A stretch of DNA of 64,000 bases from an uncultured Candidatus Binatia bacterium (GCA_965200965.1 OZ241744.1:2240001-2304000), one strand, 5' to 3'. Positions 37,851 through 48,892 are shown, counted from the stretch's first letter. The notes: generated from the letters alone by a model not told the origin. Numbers and translations are program-made.

Positions 37851-38687
37851 ATGAACCTGGCCAAGCTGTGCATCATCCTCGTTCGTCCGAAGTATTCGGG
37901 CAATATCGGTGCGGTGGCCCGCGCCATGGACAACTTTGGGGTTCAGGATTTACGTCTGGTTGGGCCGGTCACATTTTGCCGGCAGGAGGCAGACATCATG
38001 GCGGTCCACGCCCGGGGGGTGCTGGACCGGCTGCGTAGCTATCCGTCCCTGCGCGAAGCCAGCGCCGATTGTCAGCGGGTTATCGGCACGACCTGCCGCT
38101 CGGGCCTGTACCGTGAGGGGAGCCGCTCGCCACGCAGTTTGGCGGCCGAGCTTGCGACCACGCTGGACCTGAACCGCAGCGCTCTGGTATTTGGCCCTGA
38201 AGATACGGGTCTGACCAACACCGACCTCCGCTCCTGTCACGGCCTGGTGAGCATCCCGACCGCGGCCCACTTTCGCTCACTCAATGTCGCCCAGGCCGTA
38301 CTCGTCTGTTGCTATGAACTCTTTCTGGCCGGGCAGGACAGCGCAGCGGACACCGCAGCAGGGCGTGAGCTTGCGCTTGCAGAACGCCAGGAGTTCATGT
38401 ACGACAAGTTGCAGCAGGCGCTCCTCACGGTGGGGTTTCTGCACCATGATAACCCAGACCACATCATGCTGGCGCTTCGACGCATTCTCGGCCGGGCGGG
38501 TCTGGAAGACCGCGATGTCCGCATTTTCCTGGGTCTGGCGCACCAGATCAACTGGTATGCCACACGGAGGCCACCGCCCTCGCAGCTGACACAACACGAC
38601 GAGCAGTCGGAGCACCAAGACCAGGGGGACCGCCGACGGTCAGCCCGTACACAGGACAAGGCAGCATGGCGGAAATCATCTCTATAG
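37851..38687 (+). CDS. trmJ: tRNA 2'-O-methyltransferase, TrmJ/LasT (SPOUT)
   Basis: GNIGAVARAMDNFG, LVFGPEDTGLTN, SLNVAQAV. Confidence 0.85.
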   Translation: MNLAKLCIILVRPKYSGNIGAVARAMDNFGVQDLRLVGPVTFCRQEADIMAVHARGVLDRLRSYPSLREASADCQRVIGTTCRSGLYREGSRSPRSLAAELATTLDLNRSALVFGPEDTGLTNTDLRSCHGLVSIPTAAHFRSLNVAQAVLVCCYELFLAGQDSAADTAAGRELALAERQEFMYDKLQQALLTVGFLHHDNPDHIMLALRRILGRAGLEDRDVRIFLGLAHQINWYATRRPPPSQLTQHDEQSEHQDQGDRRRSARTQDKAAWRKSSL

Positions 38688-38878
38688 GCAGCCTTCGCCA
38701 AGCCCGGCACCGACACCAGGAACAGGCGGTGCTCAGCAGTTGTCTCGCACTTATTGAACAGAGTTTGCACAATCAACTTGACGAATTTGCGTCCGCCCCT
38801 GAAGAGGAATGGCCAGTGCGGGCGAGTAAAATTCGGAAGTTGGGGGAATTGTTGGAATACACGACCGGCCTGCTCTAG
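38666..38878 (+). CDS. Hypothetical protein
   Basis: MAEIISI..start with RBS; helical, 70 aa. Confidence 0.55.
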   Translation: MAEIISIGSLRQARHRHQEQAVLSSCLALIEQSLHNQLDEFASAPEEEWPVRASKIRKLGELLEYTTGLL

Positions 38879-38965
38879 GCGGCGAGTTGATGGGCCCCGG
38901 CCATGCAGACGGTCCGTTACCCTGAAGCGTCTCTCCCAGGCGTTTCAGGCCGAGAAAGGAGTGTC

Positions 38966-39658
38966 ATGGCAAAAGCTGCCGATTCGACACCACAGCGTGG
39001 AAAATCCACGAGCAAAACCACGACCAGCTCGACAGAAACAGTGGCCGCCACAAAGCCGCGCAGTCGGACGACAAAACGGTCTTCCGACATGAAGCCAAGC
39101 CCAGCGGTGGCGCTTGCTCTCGAACAGCCGCTCGCTCAACTCATGAGCCGGGTAGACGCGCTTGAAGAAAAAATCGCCGCCAGTGTGTCCGCCCTCAACA
39201 CCCAACTGCAAACGATGCAGGCCGAATGGCAGTCAATGAAGGACCTGCTGGAGGCCAGGCAGCACACCCAGCCCGAAGCTCAAGAGCGCCAAGCCAATCA
39301 GACGGCCCACAACGGCAGCAGCCCCGAGGCACCGCCAGAAACCTTCCTGCCGGTTGTCGCTGATCTCATTCAACGCAACCTGACAGAACACCTGTCGCCG
39401 ATGACCACCACCCTGCGCCGCCTTGAGGAGCGGATCGGTTTTGTCAGTAATCGCCTCAACCCCGCCCCTGGCGGGCAAGACCGGCAAAAACAGCGGAGAC
39501 GGGATCAGCGCGACCACTTCCGCTCCCGCGGGCAGGGCGCGGCTCGTCAGGGACAGGGGGGCCAAGCCTGGACTCCCCCCTCTGCGGCGTCTGTCCAGGG
39601 ACATTTTGCCCCACGCCGTTATTCCAGCGACCTCAAGATAGGGGATGAAGAGGAATAA
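38966..39658 (+). CDS. Hypothetical coiled-coil protein
   Basis: AAAGGAG RBS; coiled-coil and low-complexity segments. Confidence 0.6.
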   Translation: MAKAADSTPQRGKSTSKTTTSSTETVAATKPRSRTTKRSSDMKPSPAVALALEQPLAQLMSRVDALEEKIAASVSALNTQLQTMQAEWQSMKDLLEARQHTQPEAQERQANQTAHNGSSPEAPPETFLPVVADLIQRNLTEHLSPMTTTLRRLEERIGFVSNRLNPAPGGQDRQKQRRRDQRDHFRSRGQGAARQGQGGQAWTPPSAASVQGHFAPRRYSSDLKIGDEEE

Positions 39659-39709
39659 AGGACACGCGCAGGCGGCTCCCCTGTATTCGGCGGAGCAGGG
39701 TCCGCACGG

Positions 39710-40180
39710 CTAATCAAGGGCGTGGGGGTCGGCTCGCAGCGCAATATCACGCAGCGCAGCGCCAATCCGGCTCTTGTCCCGTTCCAAGGACCGAAAGACT
39801 TGGGCTGCATCGGGGACCTCAGGGTCCCAGTAGGCCAGTTGCTCGCCATAGCGTTTCATAAGCGCCTGATTATCGGCAAGATCGTGGACAACCCGAGCCC
39901 AGTGGTTCTGGCCGCCTTTGGCCGGCTGTGGTTCTGCGGTGGCCGCCCCACCCCGGGCACGCAGGGCATCCCGGAGGAGTTGAACGACCCGGTCCTGTTG
40001 TTCGGCAACCGCTCGGAGTTGTTCGGCTCCGGCATGGTGGGGGGCCTGCTCGGCATGATCGCGCAACTGCTGGGCGAGTCCCTGCTCTTCGGTACATCTG
40101 AGCGCCAACTCCGACACAAGCTCCTGCGTGTCGTTGCTCGACACCGGGTCTGATCCGATCAGACGTTCCCAAAAACCCAT
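39710..40180 (-). CDS. Hypothetical protein, possibly ferritin-like
   Basis: GGAG RBS, MGFWERL start, four-helix pattern. Confidence 0.6.
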   Translation of the reverse strand: MGFWERLIGSDPVSSNDTQELVSELALRCTEEQGLAQQLRDHAEQAPHHAGAEQLRAVAEQQDRVVQLLRDALRARGGAATAEPQPAKGGQNHWARVVHDLADNQALMKRYGEQLAYWDPEVPDAAQVFRSLERDKSRIGAALRDIALRADPHALD

Positions 40181-40364
40181 GACTTGCTCCAGATTTTCCG
40201 AGTTCGGTGTGGGGCTTCTTCTGGGGACCGAAGTAACGTGTCGTTGGCGGCTTGTCAAGGTCGGCCCGGGGGGCGCTTCGGTCCCGGACGGGCGACAGCG
40301 GTTTCCTTCCCAGCCTCTTTTCGCTATGTATACAATACCTGTCCGCCAAGTGAGGAGGAGAGTC

Positions 40365-40568
40365 ATGGCCCGGATCACCGTTGAAGACTGCCTGTACAAG
40401 ATCCCCAACCGTTTTGAATTGGTCGTCGTCGCCGCACAACGGGCCAAAGAACTCCTCAAGGGGACGCCTCCCCTGGCTGAGTCCGACGACAACAAAGAGG
40501 TCGTTACTGCGCTGCGCGAGATTGCGGCCGGACATGTCCGGAAAAAAACATCCCACGAACCCGAATAG
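40365..40568 (+). CDS. rpoZ: RNA polymerase omega subunit
   Basis: [38 protein letters not shown]. Confidence 0.95.
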   Translation: MARITVEDCLYKIPNRFELVVVAAQRAKELLKGTPPLAESDDNKEVVTALREIAAGHVRKKTSHEPE

Positions 40569-40605
40569 TCCTTCCCCCCAACAGGCCGGAACAGGCTGGA
40601 GAGCC

Positions 40606-41643
40606 ATGCCCCACGAGCTTGAAAATACCGCGGCTGAAGTTGACCCGGTTGTCCCTTCAGAGTCCAGAGACCAGGCGCTGTTCGGTGCCCCCCAGGGCTC
40701 CGAGACCACGCTTCTGGACCCCCCGGCCTCGCTCAAGGTCGAGACGCCGGGCGAGCCGGATGCTGATACAGCGCTGGTCCCAACCGATTCGCTGAGCCGC
40801 TATATGCTGGAGATCCGGCGCTATCCGCTGCTCAGTCAGCAAGAAGAACACGCGCTCGCCGTCCGCTACAAGGAGTACGGCGATGTCCAGGCGGCCTACC
40901 GACTCGTCACCGCCAACCTGCGGCTCGTCGTGATGATCGCCCGCACCTATCAGCGGGCATTTCGCAACCTGCTCGACTTGATCCAGGAGGGCAATGTCGG
41001 CCTGATGGAGGCGGTGCGCAATTTTGATCCCTACCGTGGCGTGCGCTTCCCCTCCTATGCCGTGTGGTGGATCCGGGCGTATATCATCCGCTATGTCATG
41101 AACAACTGGCGGATGGTCAAACTCGGCACTACCCAAGCCCAACGCAAACTCTTCTTCAACCTCGAACGGGAAAGAAAGCGGCTTGAGGCCGAGGGCTTCT
41201 CGCCCGGCCCCAAACTGCTGGCCCGGAACCTCGGTGTCAAGGAAGAAGAAGTAGTGGAGATGCAGCAACGGCTGTCTTCCCGGGACCTGTCTGTCGATAC
41301 CCCGCTTGATACCCGGGACGAGTCTTTGACCATGCTCGACTTTCTGGCCGACCCCCACGCCACCGTAGAGGAAGAGGTCTCGGCCATTGAGTACCGGGCC
41401 CTGATGAGAGAGAAAATGGACACCTTCGCCCAGACGCTCGAAGGTAAGGACGCCGTGATCTTTCACCGGCGCTTATTGGCCGAGGAGCCTCTCACCCTGC
41501 AAGAAATCGGCGACCAATACGGCATCAGCCGAGAACGCGTCCGACAGCTGGAGAGCCGTCTGAAAAAAAAGCTCAGAGCCTATCTCATCCGGGAGTTCAC
41601 AGACCTGAAAGAGCTGGATGTCGCCTTTGGCGATCACCGCTGA
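40606..41643 (+). CDS. rpoH: RNA polymerase sigma-32 family factor
   Basis: DLIQEGNVGLM, YAVWWIRAYI, RpoH box TTQAQRKLFFNL, ISRERVRQLE. Confidence 0.9.
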   Translation: MPHELENTAAEVDPVVPSESRDQALFGAPQGSETTLLDPPASLKVETPGEPDADTALVPTDSLSRYMLEIRRYPLLSQQEEHALAVRYKEYGDVQAAYRLVTANLRLVVMIARTYQRAFRNLLDLIQEGNVGLMEAVRNFDPYRGVRFPSYAVWWIRAYIIRYVMNNWRMVKLGTTQAQRKLFFNLERERKRLEAEGFSPGPKLLARNLGVKEEEVVEMQQRLSSRDLSVDTPLDTRDESLTMLDFLADPHATVEEEVSAIEYRALMREKMDTFAQTLEGKDAVIFHRRLLAEEPLTLQEIGDQYGISRERVRQLESRLKKKLRAYLIREFTDLKELDVAFGDHR

Positions 41644-41727
41644 GCCTGAGCCGGTCTCTTGACAAGCCCGCCCCGTGCGTCTGGCTCAACCTTGCCCTCG
41701 GCCCTGAAATAAGGCTATAGTGCCCGT

Positions 41728-42477
41728 GTGCAGGAAACGCGGCAAGAACTCACTGCGGGCATTGTCATCATCGGCAATGAGATTTTGTCCGGCAAGACGA
41801 CCGATTCCAACTCAACCTTTCTGGCACAGGAGTTGCGCAAAATTGGTGTGAACCTGCGTCAAGTGACTGTCATTCCGGATGAATTAGACCTGATTGCCGC
41901 CACCGTGCGTCACTTCCACCGACAGTTTGACCTCGTCTTTACCTCGGGCGGGATCGGCCCAACCCACGATGACATCACGATGGAGGGGATTGCCGTCGGC
42001 TTAGGCCGGCGGATCATCCGCCACCCGGTCCTGGAGAGCAAGCTGCTCGAACACGCGGTCAAGCGCACGCCCAACCCCGCCTATATGCGTATGGCCGATG
42101 TCCCGGAAGGCGCAGAACTGCGATCAGAGGACAGCCTCCGTTTTCCAACCGTCAAGGTCGAAAACGTGTATATCCTGCCCGGCATCCCGGAAATTTTGCA
42201 GCAGAAATTCCTGGCCCTCAAAGACCGCTTTACAACAAACCCGTATTATCTGAAAATCATCTACACCAACGCCTATGAGAGCAATATCGCGGCGTCCCTC
42301 AACGATACCCTTGCGCACTATCCTGAGCTGCTCCTGGGCTCCTATCCAAAAATCAACAATCCAGACTATCGGGTCAAACTGACGCTTGAGTCAAAAGACC
42401 AGACCTATGTTGAGCACGCCTTTGCCCACTTGATGAATGTCTTACCTCCGGGTTGTGTGGTGAGGACAGAAGGATGA
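41728..42477 (+). CDS. CinA-like molybdopterin-binding domain protein
   Basis: IGNEILSGKTTDSN, SGGIGPTHDDIT, LPGIP. Confidence 0.85.
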   Translation: MQETRQELTAGIVIIGNEILSGKTTDSNSTFLAQELRKIGVNLRQVTVIPDELDLIAATVRHFHRQFDLVFTSGGIGPTHDDITMEGIAVGLGRRIIRHPVLESKLLEHAVKRTPNPAYMRMADVPEGAELRSEDSLRFPTVKVENVYILPGIPEILQQKFLALKDRFTTNPYYLKIIYTNAYESNIAASLNDTLAHYPELLLGSYPKINNPDYRVKLTLESKDQTYVEHAFAHLMNVLPPGCVVRTEG

Positions 42478-42489
42478 GAGGAGGAACCC

Positions 42490-42891
42490 ATGAGAAACAC
42501 GCTACAGCGCTGCGTTTGCAGCGGAATCGTTGCGGGGCTGTTGGCCTGGCCGAATCCGGCGAGCGCCCAGTACTTTGAAGAGACGGACCTGGGAACGGTG
42601 CCAGCCGGCGCAGACCAGAATCAGTACCTCGAAGATGCCGGTATCGGAACGGCAACCGTCGCCGCCAATGTGGTGTATATCCCGGCGAAACTGGGGTATG
42701 CCCTGCTCGGCGGGCTGACCGGAGGCGTGGCCTACGCCTTGACCGGGGGGAATAAGGAAGTGGCGGAGCAGGTCTGGAATCCGTCAATGGGCGGCAACTA
42801 CATTCTTAACGCAGACCACCTGCGCGGTACCGAGCCGATCTATTTCAGCGCCCCGACCCAGCCCCCGGACGGGAGACAGCGCAGGCGGTGA
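42490..42891 (+). CDS. Hypothetical secreted/membrane protein
   Basis: GAGGAGG RBS, signal peptide, YIPAKLGYALLGG. Confidence 0.7.
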   Translation: MRNTLQRCVCSGIVAGLLAWPNPASAQYFEETDLGTVPAGADQNQYLEDAGIGTATVAANVVYIPAKLGYALLGGLTGGVAYALTGGNKEVAEQVWNPSMGGNYILNADHLRGTEPIYFSAPTQPPDGRQRRR

Positions 42892-43493
42892 AAACCGGGC
42901 GGTGGGCGGTTCTTGCCCTGTGTGTCATCGGCGGCGGCTTTGTCAGCGTCCGCTTTTACCAGCTCAGGACCGCGGCTACCGTGTGGGACGTACCAGCCGC
43001 CGAGATTCTCAGCGAGACGCTTGACAAACAGGACGATACCCTGCGGGTTGAGTTCACCTCTCGACTCGACGCCCCGGTGGCGCGGGTCATGCGAGCGCTG
43101 ACTGAGCCTGAACGCAGCCGGGAGTTCGACGACGCGGTGTCCCGCTCTGAGCTTGTCCACCACCACGGCAACCGCAAGGTGGTCGCGTTTGAAATACGGG
43201 TCTTGGGACGCCCCCAGGAGAGTGTGCTGGCCTTTACTTTTCTGCTCCGCGAGAATCGGGTGCTGATCGAAACGGTTGAAAATCAGTTGACCGAACTGCA
43301 CGGGGAGTACGTTTTAGTGCCGTCCCCGGACGGCACTAAAACCCTGCTGACCTACCGGGCCTCAGCCACCGATAAGACCCATATGCCGATTCCCGTGGGC
43401 ATGCAAAAAAGTGCCATGCGTGAAGCCTTTGTCCTGACCCTGCGGGGCCTCAAAAAAGGGCTGGGCGAGCAGCAGGCTCACACCCAGTCCTGA
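42888..43493 (+). CDS. SRPBCC/polyketide-cyclase-like protein
   Basis: N-terminal TM, LDAPVARV, GTKTLLTY. Confidence 0.6.
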   Translation: MKTGRWAVLALCVIGGGFVSVRFYQLRTAATVWDVPAAEILSETLDKQDDTLRVEFTSRLDAPVARVMRALTEPERSREFDDAVSRSELVHHHGNRKVVAFEIRVLGRPQESVLAFTFLLRENRVLIETVENQLTELHGEYVLVPSPDGTKTLLTYRASATDKTHMPIPVGMQKSAMREAFVLTLRGLKKGLGEQQAHTQS

Positions 43494-43598
43494 GCGGTCC
43501 CACACCCCTGGCTAAGCCAGCCGCAATCAGCCCAGAGCCGTTCAGCTTGCGCCACCGGGCCACTTGGGCTACACACACCGGCATGGGAAGGGAGCGAG

Positions 43599-44792
43599 AT
43601 GAAAGCCCTTGTGTTCTCTGCTGAGCGGCAGCGCAAAGCGGCTCCCGCCTATCTGCCCGGTCTGGCCAATCTGAGCCTGAAAGAGGTCCCAAGCCCGGCC
43701 CTGCCCGACGACAACTGGGTCGTGGTCAAGAGCAAAATCGCCGGCATCTGCGGCAGTGATCTCGGCTTCCTCCAGTGGAAGTCCATGCCGGCGGCCGAAC
43801 CCTATTTTCAACTGCCCATCATCCCCGGCCATGAGTTGTTCGGCGAGGTTGAAGCCGTTGGCCGGCGGGTAGCCGGGCTCCGTCCCGGCCAGCGCGTGTC
43901 CATTGACCCCAGTCTGGGCTGCCGGGAGCGGGGCTTCCGCAAGCAGTGCCGGCAGTGCAGAGCCGGCAACCCCGGCATCTGCGAGCATCTGGCCGAGGGC
44001 TGCCTCAAACCCGGCATCCTCATCGGCACCTGCCCGGACACCGGCGGTGGCTGGGGCGAGTATTTTGCAGCCCACAGCCGGCGTCTCTTTCCGCTGCCGG
44101 ACACCATTGGCGATGACGAAGCCTCCCTGCTTGAGCCGTTCTCGGTCTGCCTGCGGGCCGTGTTGAACAACCCGCCCCACAAGAGAGAGCCGGCTGTGGT
44201 CATTGGGGCCGGGACGATCGGCCTGATGACCATCGCCGCGCTCAGGGCGGTTGAACCGGGCTGTCGGATTGCATGCGTGGCCAAATATCCCTTCCAGGCC
44301 GAGCTGGCCGGCGCTCTGGGGGCGGACGATATCATTGATGCGCAGCGCGAGGATGTGATGGAACAGGTCGGTGCCCTGGCCGGCACCAGGGTCTACAGGC
44401 TGGCCGGCGGCGGAGCACTCCTGGCCGGCGGCGTGCGCCTGGTCTACGATACCGTCACCAGTTCCCTCACCCTGAACCAGGCCCTGCGGATGGTGCAGGG
44501 CAAAGGCAGCCTGATCGTTCTCGGCCTGGCGGCTCTGCCCGAGGGTGTGGACTGGACGCCGGTGTGGATGAAAGAAGTGTCTATTGTCGGCAGCCTGACC
44601 TATGGAACCGAGGTCTTTCAGGGCAAGCGCGCCAACACCTTTGCCCGGGCGATTGAGTTTGTCGCCAGCCGCCGGGCCGATCTCCGCCCTCTTCAACCCC
44701 GCAAATACCCACTCAATCAGTACCGGCGGGCGCTAGGCCAAGCGGCCAGAAAAAAAAGCTCAGGGGCAGTCAAGGTCTCGTTTGTGCCCTAG
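43599..44792 (+). CDS. Zn-dependent alcohol dehydrogenase (MDR)
   Basis: GICGSD, PGHE, C..C..C...C, GAGTIG. Confidence 0.9.
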   Translation: MKALVFSAERQRKAAPAYLPGLANLSLKEVPSPALPDDNWVVVKSKIAGICGSDLGFLQWKSMPAAEPYFQLPIIPGHELFGEVEAVGRRVAGLRPGQRVSIDPSLGCRERGFRKQCRQCRAGNPGICEHLAEGCLKPGILIGTCPDTGGGWGEYFAAHSRRLFPLPDTIGDDEASLLEPFSVCLRAVLNNPPHKREPAVVIGAGTIGLMTIAALRAVEPGCRIACVAKYPFQAELAGALGADDIIDAQREDVMEQVGALAGTRVYRLAGGGALLAGGVRLVYDTVTSSLTLNQALRMVQGKGSLIVLGLAALPEGVDWTPVWMKEVSIVGSLTYGTEVFQGKRANTFARAIEFVASRRADLRPLQPRKYPLNQYRRALGQAARKKSSGAVKVSFVP

Positions 44793-44810
44793 GACAGACC
44801 AGAGAGTCAC

Positions 44811-45809
44811 ATGAGCACAAGGACGCCGGCCGTTGCCGTCATCATCCCGGCCTGGAATGAAGCCTCCACCATCGCCAAGGTCGTGACGGACTTCCGGGAG
44901 GCGCTGCCGGGGGCGCGGCTCTCTGTCTATGACAATAACTCCAGCGACCCTACCGCCCGGGCCGCCCGGGCCGCTGGCGCAGAAGTCCGCCCGGAGCCGC
45001 GGCAGGGCAAAGGCCATGTGGTGCGCCGCGCTTTGGCCGACATTGAGGCCGATGTGTATGTGCTGGTCGATGGCGACGCAACCTATGACGCGCCGAGCGC
45101 GCCCGGGATGGTCGAGTTGCTGCTCGCTCAGCAGCTCGACATGGTCGTGGCTCGCCGCCGCTTGACCGGCAAGGGAGCCTACCGCCCCGGGCACCAGTTC
45201 GGCAACTGGCTCCTGACAGCGACCGTCCGGCGAATCTTCGGCTCTGGCCTGAACGACCTGTTGTCCGGCTATCGGGTTTTCTCCCGGCGGTTCGTGAAGT
45301 CATTCCCCACCCCGAGCACCGGATTTGAAATCGAGACCGAGCTGTCAATCCACGCCCTGGCCTTACAGCTTCCCGTTGCGGAAATCGACACCCCCTATTT
45401 TGCGCGCCCCGAGGGCAGCCACAGCAAGCTCGGCACATGGCGCGATGGGGTGAGCATTCTGGGAACCATCTTGCGGCTGTTTGTCTTCGAGTGCCCGTTG
45501 CGCTTCTTCTCGCTGCTGGCCCTGGCACTCGTGGTGGCGGCCACTGTCCTGTTCGCGCCAGTACTCGTTGAATACCTCCAGACCGGGCTGGTGCCCCGCC
45601 TCCCCACCATGCTCGCCGCCGCCAGCGTCTACACATCCGCCTTCCTCAGCATCGTCGTCGGTGCCGTCCTGCATACGACCGCGCTCGGTCGGCTTGAGGC
45701 CAAACGCCTGGCCTATCTGGCGGTCAGCCCTGCCGGATACGACTCAGCGGCCGTGGGCGACTTCGAGGCACAAAGCCCGGCTCTCAACAGAGACGTGATA
45801 CAAGTGTGA
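44811..45809 (+). CDS. Glycosyltransferase family 2 (polyprenol-phosphate type)
   Basis: IPAWNE, DNNSSD, DGDATY, SGYRVFSRRF, two C-terminal TMs. Confidence 0.9.
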   Translation: MSTRTPAVAVIIPAWNEASTIAKVVTDFREALPGARLSVYDNNSSDPTARAARAAGAEVRPEPRQGKGHVVRRALADIEADVYVLVDGDATYDAPSAPGMVELLLAQQLDMVVARRRLTGKGAYRPGHQFGNWLLTATVRRIFGSGLNDLLSGYRVFSRRFVKSFPTPSTGFEIETELSIHALALQLPVAEIDTPYFARPEGSHSKLGTWRDGVSILGTILRLFVFECPLRFFSLLALALVVAATVLFAPVLVEYLQTGLVPRLPTMLAAASVYTSAFLSIVVGAVLHTTALGRLEAKRLAYLAVSPAGYDSAAVGDFEAQSPALNRDVIQV

Positions 45810-45815
45810 CGAACC

Positions 45816-48167
45816 ATGCGAGACAAAGACCTCCAGGCCCTTGAGTTTCCCGCGGTGTTACGGCTGCTGGCCGACTGCGCGGTGTCCGCGGCCGGCCGGG
45901 AGGCGTGCGCGGCGATTCGCCCGGCCACCGACCCGGACCAGATTGAGCGGAACAGTGAGCAGACCTGGCAGTTCTTCCGCCTGCTGGAAGAGCAGCTCAA
46001 GCTGCCCCTGCGCGAGTTTCCAGACCTCAGACCGGCCCTGCAAGCGGCCAGCCACGCCGGGGCGGTCCTGGAGGGGCCACGGCTGCGCGACATCCAGACT
46101 ACGCTTGGGGTGTCACGCCAACTCGCACAGTTCTTTCGGCGTCATGCCCGGCACGCGCCGCTGCTGGCCGACTTCCCGGCCAGCCTGCCGGCCCTGCCGG
46201 ACTTGGAAGACGCATTGACGCGCTGCCTGGACGACAGCGGCACACTGAAAGATGAGGCCAGCCCGGCCCTGCGCACCCTGCGCCGCAAGGCGCGAACCCT
46301 GCGGGAAGAGATTGAGCAGCGCCTGTCCGCCCAGCTGCGGTCGTCGCAGCTCAAGGATGTGGTTGCCGACCGCTATATTACGCTTCGCAACAACCGCTTT
46401 GTCATTCCGGTCCGGGCCAATTTTCATTCCCGGCTACAGGGGATTGTCCAGGATCGTTCCGGGTCGGGCGAGACCGTCTTTATCGAGCCGCTGTTCGCCG
46501 TTGCACTCAATAACCGGCTGACCCTGGCCAGCAAAGAGGTTGAGGCCGAAGAGCGCCGCCTGCTGGCCTGGCTGACCGGGCTGGTCAGCCGGGAGCTCAC
46601 CCAGCTCGAGCGCCTCTTCAGCGCCCTGACCGAGCTTGATGTACTGCACGCCAAGGTTGTACTGGCGCGTCAGCAGGGCGGGACGAAACCGGGCTTTGGC
46701 GGTACAGCCTTTCGGCTGAACAAGGCCCGCCACCCGCTGCTGCTGGCCTCTGGCCGGCCGGTCGTGCCGATTGATCTGTCCATCCCCCAGGGCAAACTCG
46801 GCCTGATTATCACCGGTCCCAACACCGGCGGAAAGACCGCCGCCCTCAAAACCCTCGGCCTGCTGTGTCTCATGGCCCACAGCGGTCTGCTCATCCCCGC
46901 AGAAGAGGACAGCCGGCTGCCCTTCTTGCGCGGGGTGTTCAGCGATATCGGTGACGAACAGTCGCTGGAGCACAACCTGTCTACGTTTTCCGCCCATATC
47001 ACCAATGTGTCCGCCATCTTACGCACCGTCAGCCCGCCGGCCCTCATCGTGTGTGACGAGCCCGGCGGCGGGACCGACCCGATTGAGGGCGGGGCGCTGG
47101 CCTGTGGTCTGCTCGGCCACCTGAAAGAACAGGGCATCTTTGTTGCCGCTTCAACCCACCTGACACCGCTCAAACTGTTTGCTCTGGCCGATGGCGACTA
47201 CCAGGTCGCAGCCGTCAGGTTTGACCTGGAAACACTCAGCCCGCACTACGCCCTGGACTACGGCACGGTCGGCCAGAGTCTCGGCCTGCCAATGGCCCGA
47301 CGGCTGGGTCTGGCGGAGGAGGTGTGTCGCGCCGCGGAGGCATCCTTCTCCCTCGAAGCACGCCAACTGGCCGAGGCCATGAGCAGGCTGGAAACCGCCC
47401 AGGCCGCGCTGGACACAGAGCGCGGCCTGGTGGCCGAGGAGTGGAAACAAGCCGCGGCCCTGCGCAAAAAACGCCACACCCTGCTGACCGAGGCCGAAGA
47501 GAACACACGCCGCCTCTGGCACGACGAGCTGGCCGAGGCCAAGGCCCTGGTGCGCAACCTGCGTGAACAAGGGCGCGCCCTGGTTGCCAACCTGGGCCGC
47601 CGGGTGGCCGGCCCACAGGCCGAGCGGCACAACGCCCAGCGCGGCTTACACCACTTCTTACACGAGCAGGGGCGCGCCATTGCCAGCAAAGAACACGCCC
47701 TCCGACCGGCCGCCAACAACAGCCTGACACCGCCCCAGGTCGGCGATCAGGTTGAAGCCCGGAACGGTAAAATCCGGGGCGAACTCGTCGCCCTGAGCGG
47801 ACAGCGGGCGCGCGTTCGGAGCGGCGGGCTGACCTTTGACATCGCACTTGGTAAGCTGCACAGGGCTGACAAGGTCAAACGCCAACGGGCGATCCATGTC
47901 ACTGTCCACCGGACAGACACCGTTCAGCCGGAAGTCAACCTGCTGGGTTTGCGCGTGCAGGAAGCCCTGCCCCGCTTGGCCGAGTTCCTGGACCACGCCA
48001 TGTTGAGCCGTCGCTCATCGGTCCGCGTCGTCCACGGCTCTGGCAGCGGAGCCTTGCGCCGAGCGGTCCAGGATTTCCTGTCCCAGTCTCCCTACTGCGC
48101 CTCGTATACCGAAGCCCCGCAGAACGAGGGGGGCGGCGGGGCAACGATTGTCAATCTGACCGGCTGA
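45816..48167 (+). CDS. mutS2: Endonuclease MutS2
   Basis: SGSGETVFIEP, ITGPNTGGKT, DIGDEQS, C-terminal Smr domain (VHGSGSGALR). Confidence 0.95.
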   Translation: MRDKDLQALEFPAVLRLLADCAVSAAGREACAAIRPATDPDQIERNSEQTWQFFRLLEEQLKLPLREFPDLRPALQAASHAGAVLEGPRLRDIQTTLGVSRQLAQFFRRHARHAPLLADFPASLPALPDLEDALTRCLDDSGTLKDEASPALRTLRRKARTLREEIEQRLSAQLRSSQLKDVVADRYITLRNNRFVIPVRANFHSRLQGIVQDRSGSGETVFIEPLFAVALNNRLTLASKEVEAEERRLLAWLTGLVSRELTQLERLFSALTELDVLHAKVVLARQQGGTKPGFGGTAFRLNKARHPLLLASGRPVVPIDLSIPQGKLGLIITGPNTGGKTAALKTLGLLCLMAHSGLLIPAEEDSRLPFLRGVFSDIGDEQSLEHNLSTFSAHITNVSAILRTVSPPALIVCDEPGGGTDPIEGGALACGLLGHLKEQGIFVAASTHLTPLKLFALADGDYQVAAVRFDLETLSPHYALDYGTVGQSLGLPMARRLGLAEEVCRAAEASFSLEARQLAEAMSRLETAQAALDTERGLVAEEWKQAAALRKKRHTLLTEAEENTRRLWHDELAEAKALVRNLREQGRALVANLGRRVAGPQAERHNAQRGLHHFLHEQGRAIASKEHALRPAANNSLTPPQVGDQVEARNGKIRGELVALSGQRARVRSGGLTFDIALGKLHRADKVKRQRAIHVTVHRTDTVQPEVNLLGLRVQEALPRLAEFLDHAMLSRRSSVRVVHGSGSGALRRAVQDFLSQSPYCASYTEAPQNEGGGGATIVNLTG

Positions 48168-48172
48168 GGGCT

Positions 48173-48892
48173 ATGCCGCTTCCCCTGGCCACTCGGAATC
48201 TGCTGGCCGAACTGATCCTCGATGCCCTGGACAGCCCAACCGCCGCCACCGCGGTCCGCTGTCTGGCCGCCTACGCCCGGACCATAGGGCGGACACCGAC
48301 GGTGATAAGCTCCGGCCAGCTCCTCCTTCCCGCTCCCACGGCCGAGCGAGAGCAGGTTCGGTACTACCTGCAAGGCCACGCCCTGTTGAGCTGGCGTCAA
48401 CGCGGCCCGGTCTGGCAGACAGGGCTCGCCGCGGCCCTCAGACCGGACTGTGGCCAGGTCGCGGCCAGGCTGCGGCAGTACGGACAAGCCCTGGAAGACT
48501 GGCAGCCCCGACCGGAGGTCTCCGGGCTCGAGCTGGCCGTCCGCAAGGGGGCAATGCTGTTTAACCATCGGCTCTTTTTTGAGGTCCACGAGGTGTTGGA
48601 AGCCCAGTGGATACACGAGGTCGATCCTGAGCGGCGCTTCCTGCAAGGGCTGATTCAGATTGCGGTGGCATTCTATCACCTCGGCAACCGCAATCTGCGC
48701 GGAGCGGTATCGCTCCTGGGTGACGGCCTGGACAAGATCAGGCCGCATGCCCCGGCCTGTCTGGGGCTGGAGTTGTCCGATTTTATTGCTGGGCTGGAGC
48801 GGTGCGGCGAGGAGATTCGGCGGCTCGGTACGCAGGAGCCGGGGCAGTTTCAAGACGACCACATCCCCAGGCTGCGGCAAAGTGCATCCTGA
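48173..48892 (+). CDS. DUF309 domain protein
   Basis: LFNHRLFFEVHEVLEAQW, LQGLIQIAVAFYH. Confidence 0.85.
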   Translation: MPLPLATRNLLAELILDALDSPTAATAVRCLAAYARTIGRTPTVISSGQLLLPAPTAEREQVRYYLQGHALLSWRQRGPVWQTGLAAALRPDCGQVAARLRQYGQALEDWQPRPEVSGLELAVRKGAMLFNHRLFFEVHEVLEAQWIHEVDPERRFLQGLIQIAVAFYHLGNRNLRGAVSLLGDGLDKIRPHAPACLGLELSDFIAGLERCGEEIRRLGTQEPGQFQDDHIPRLRQSAS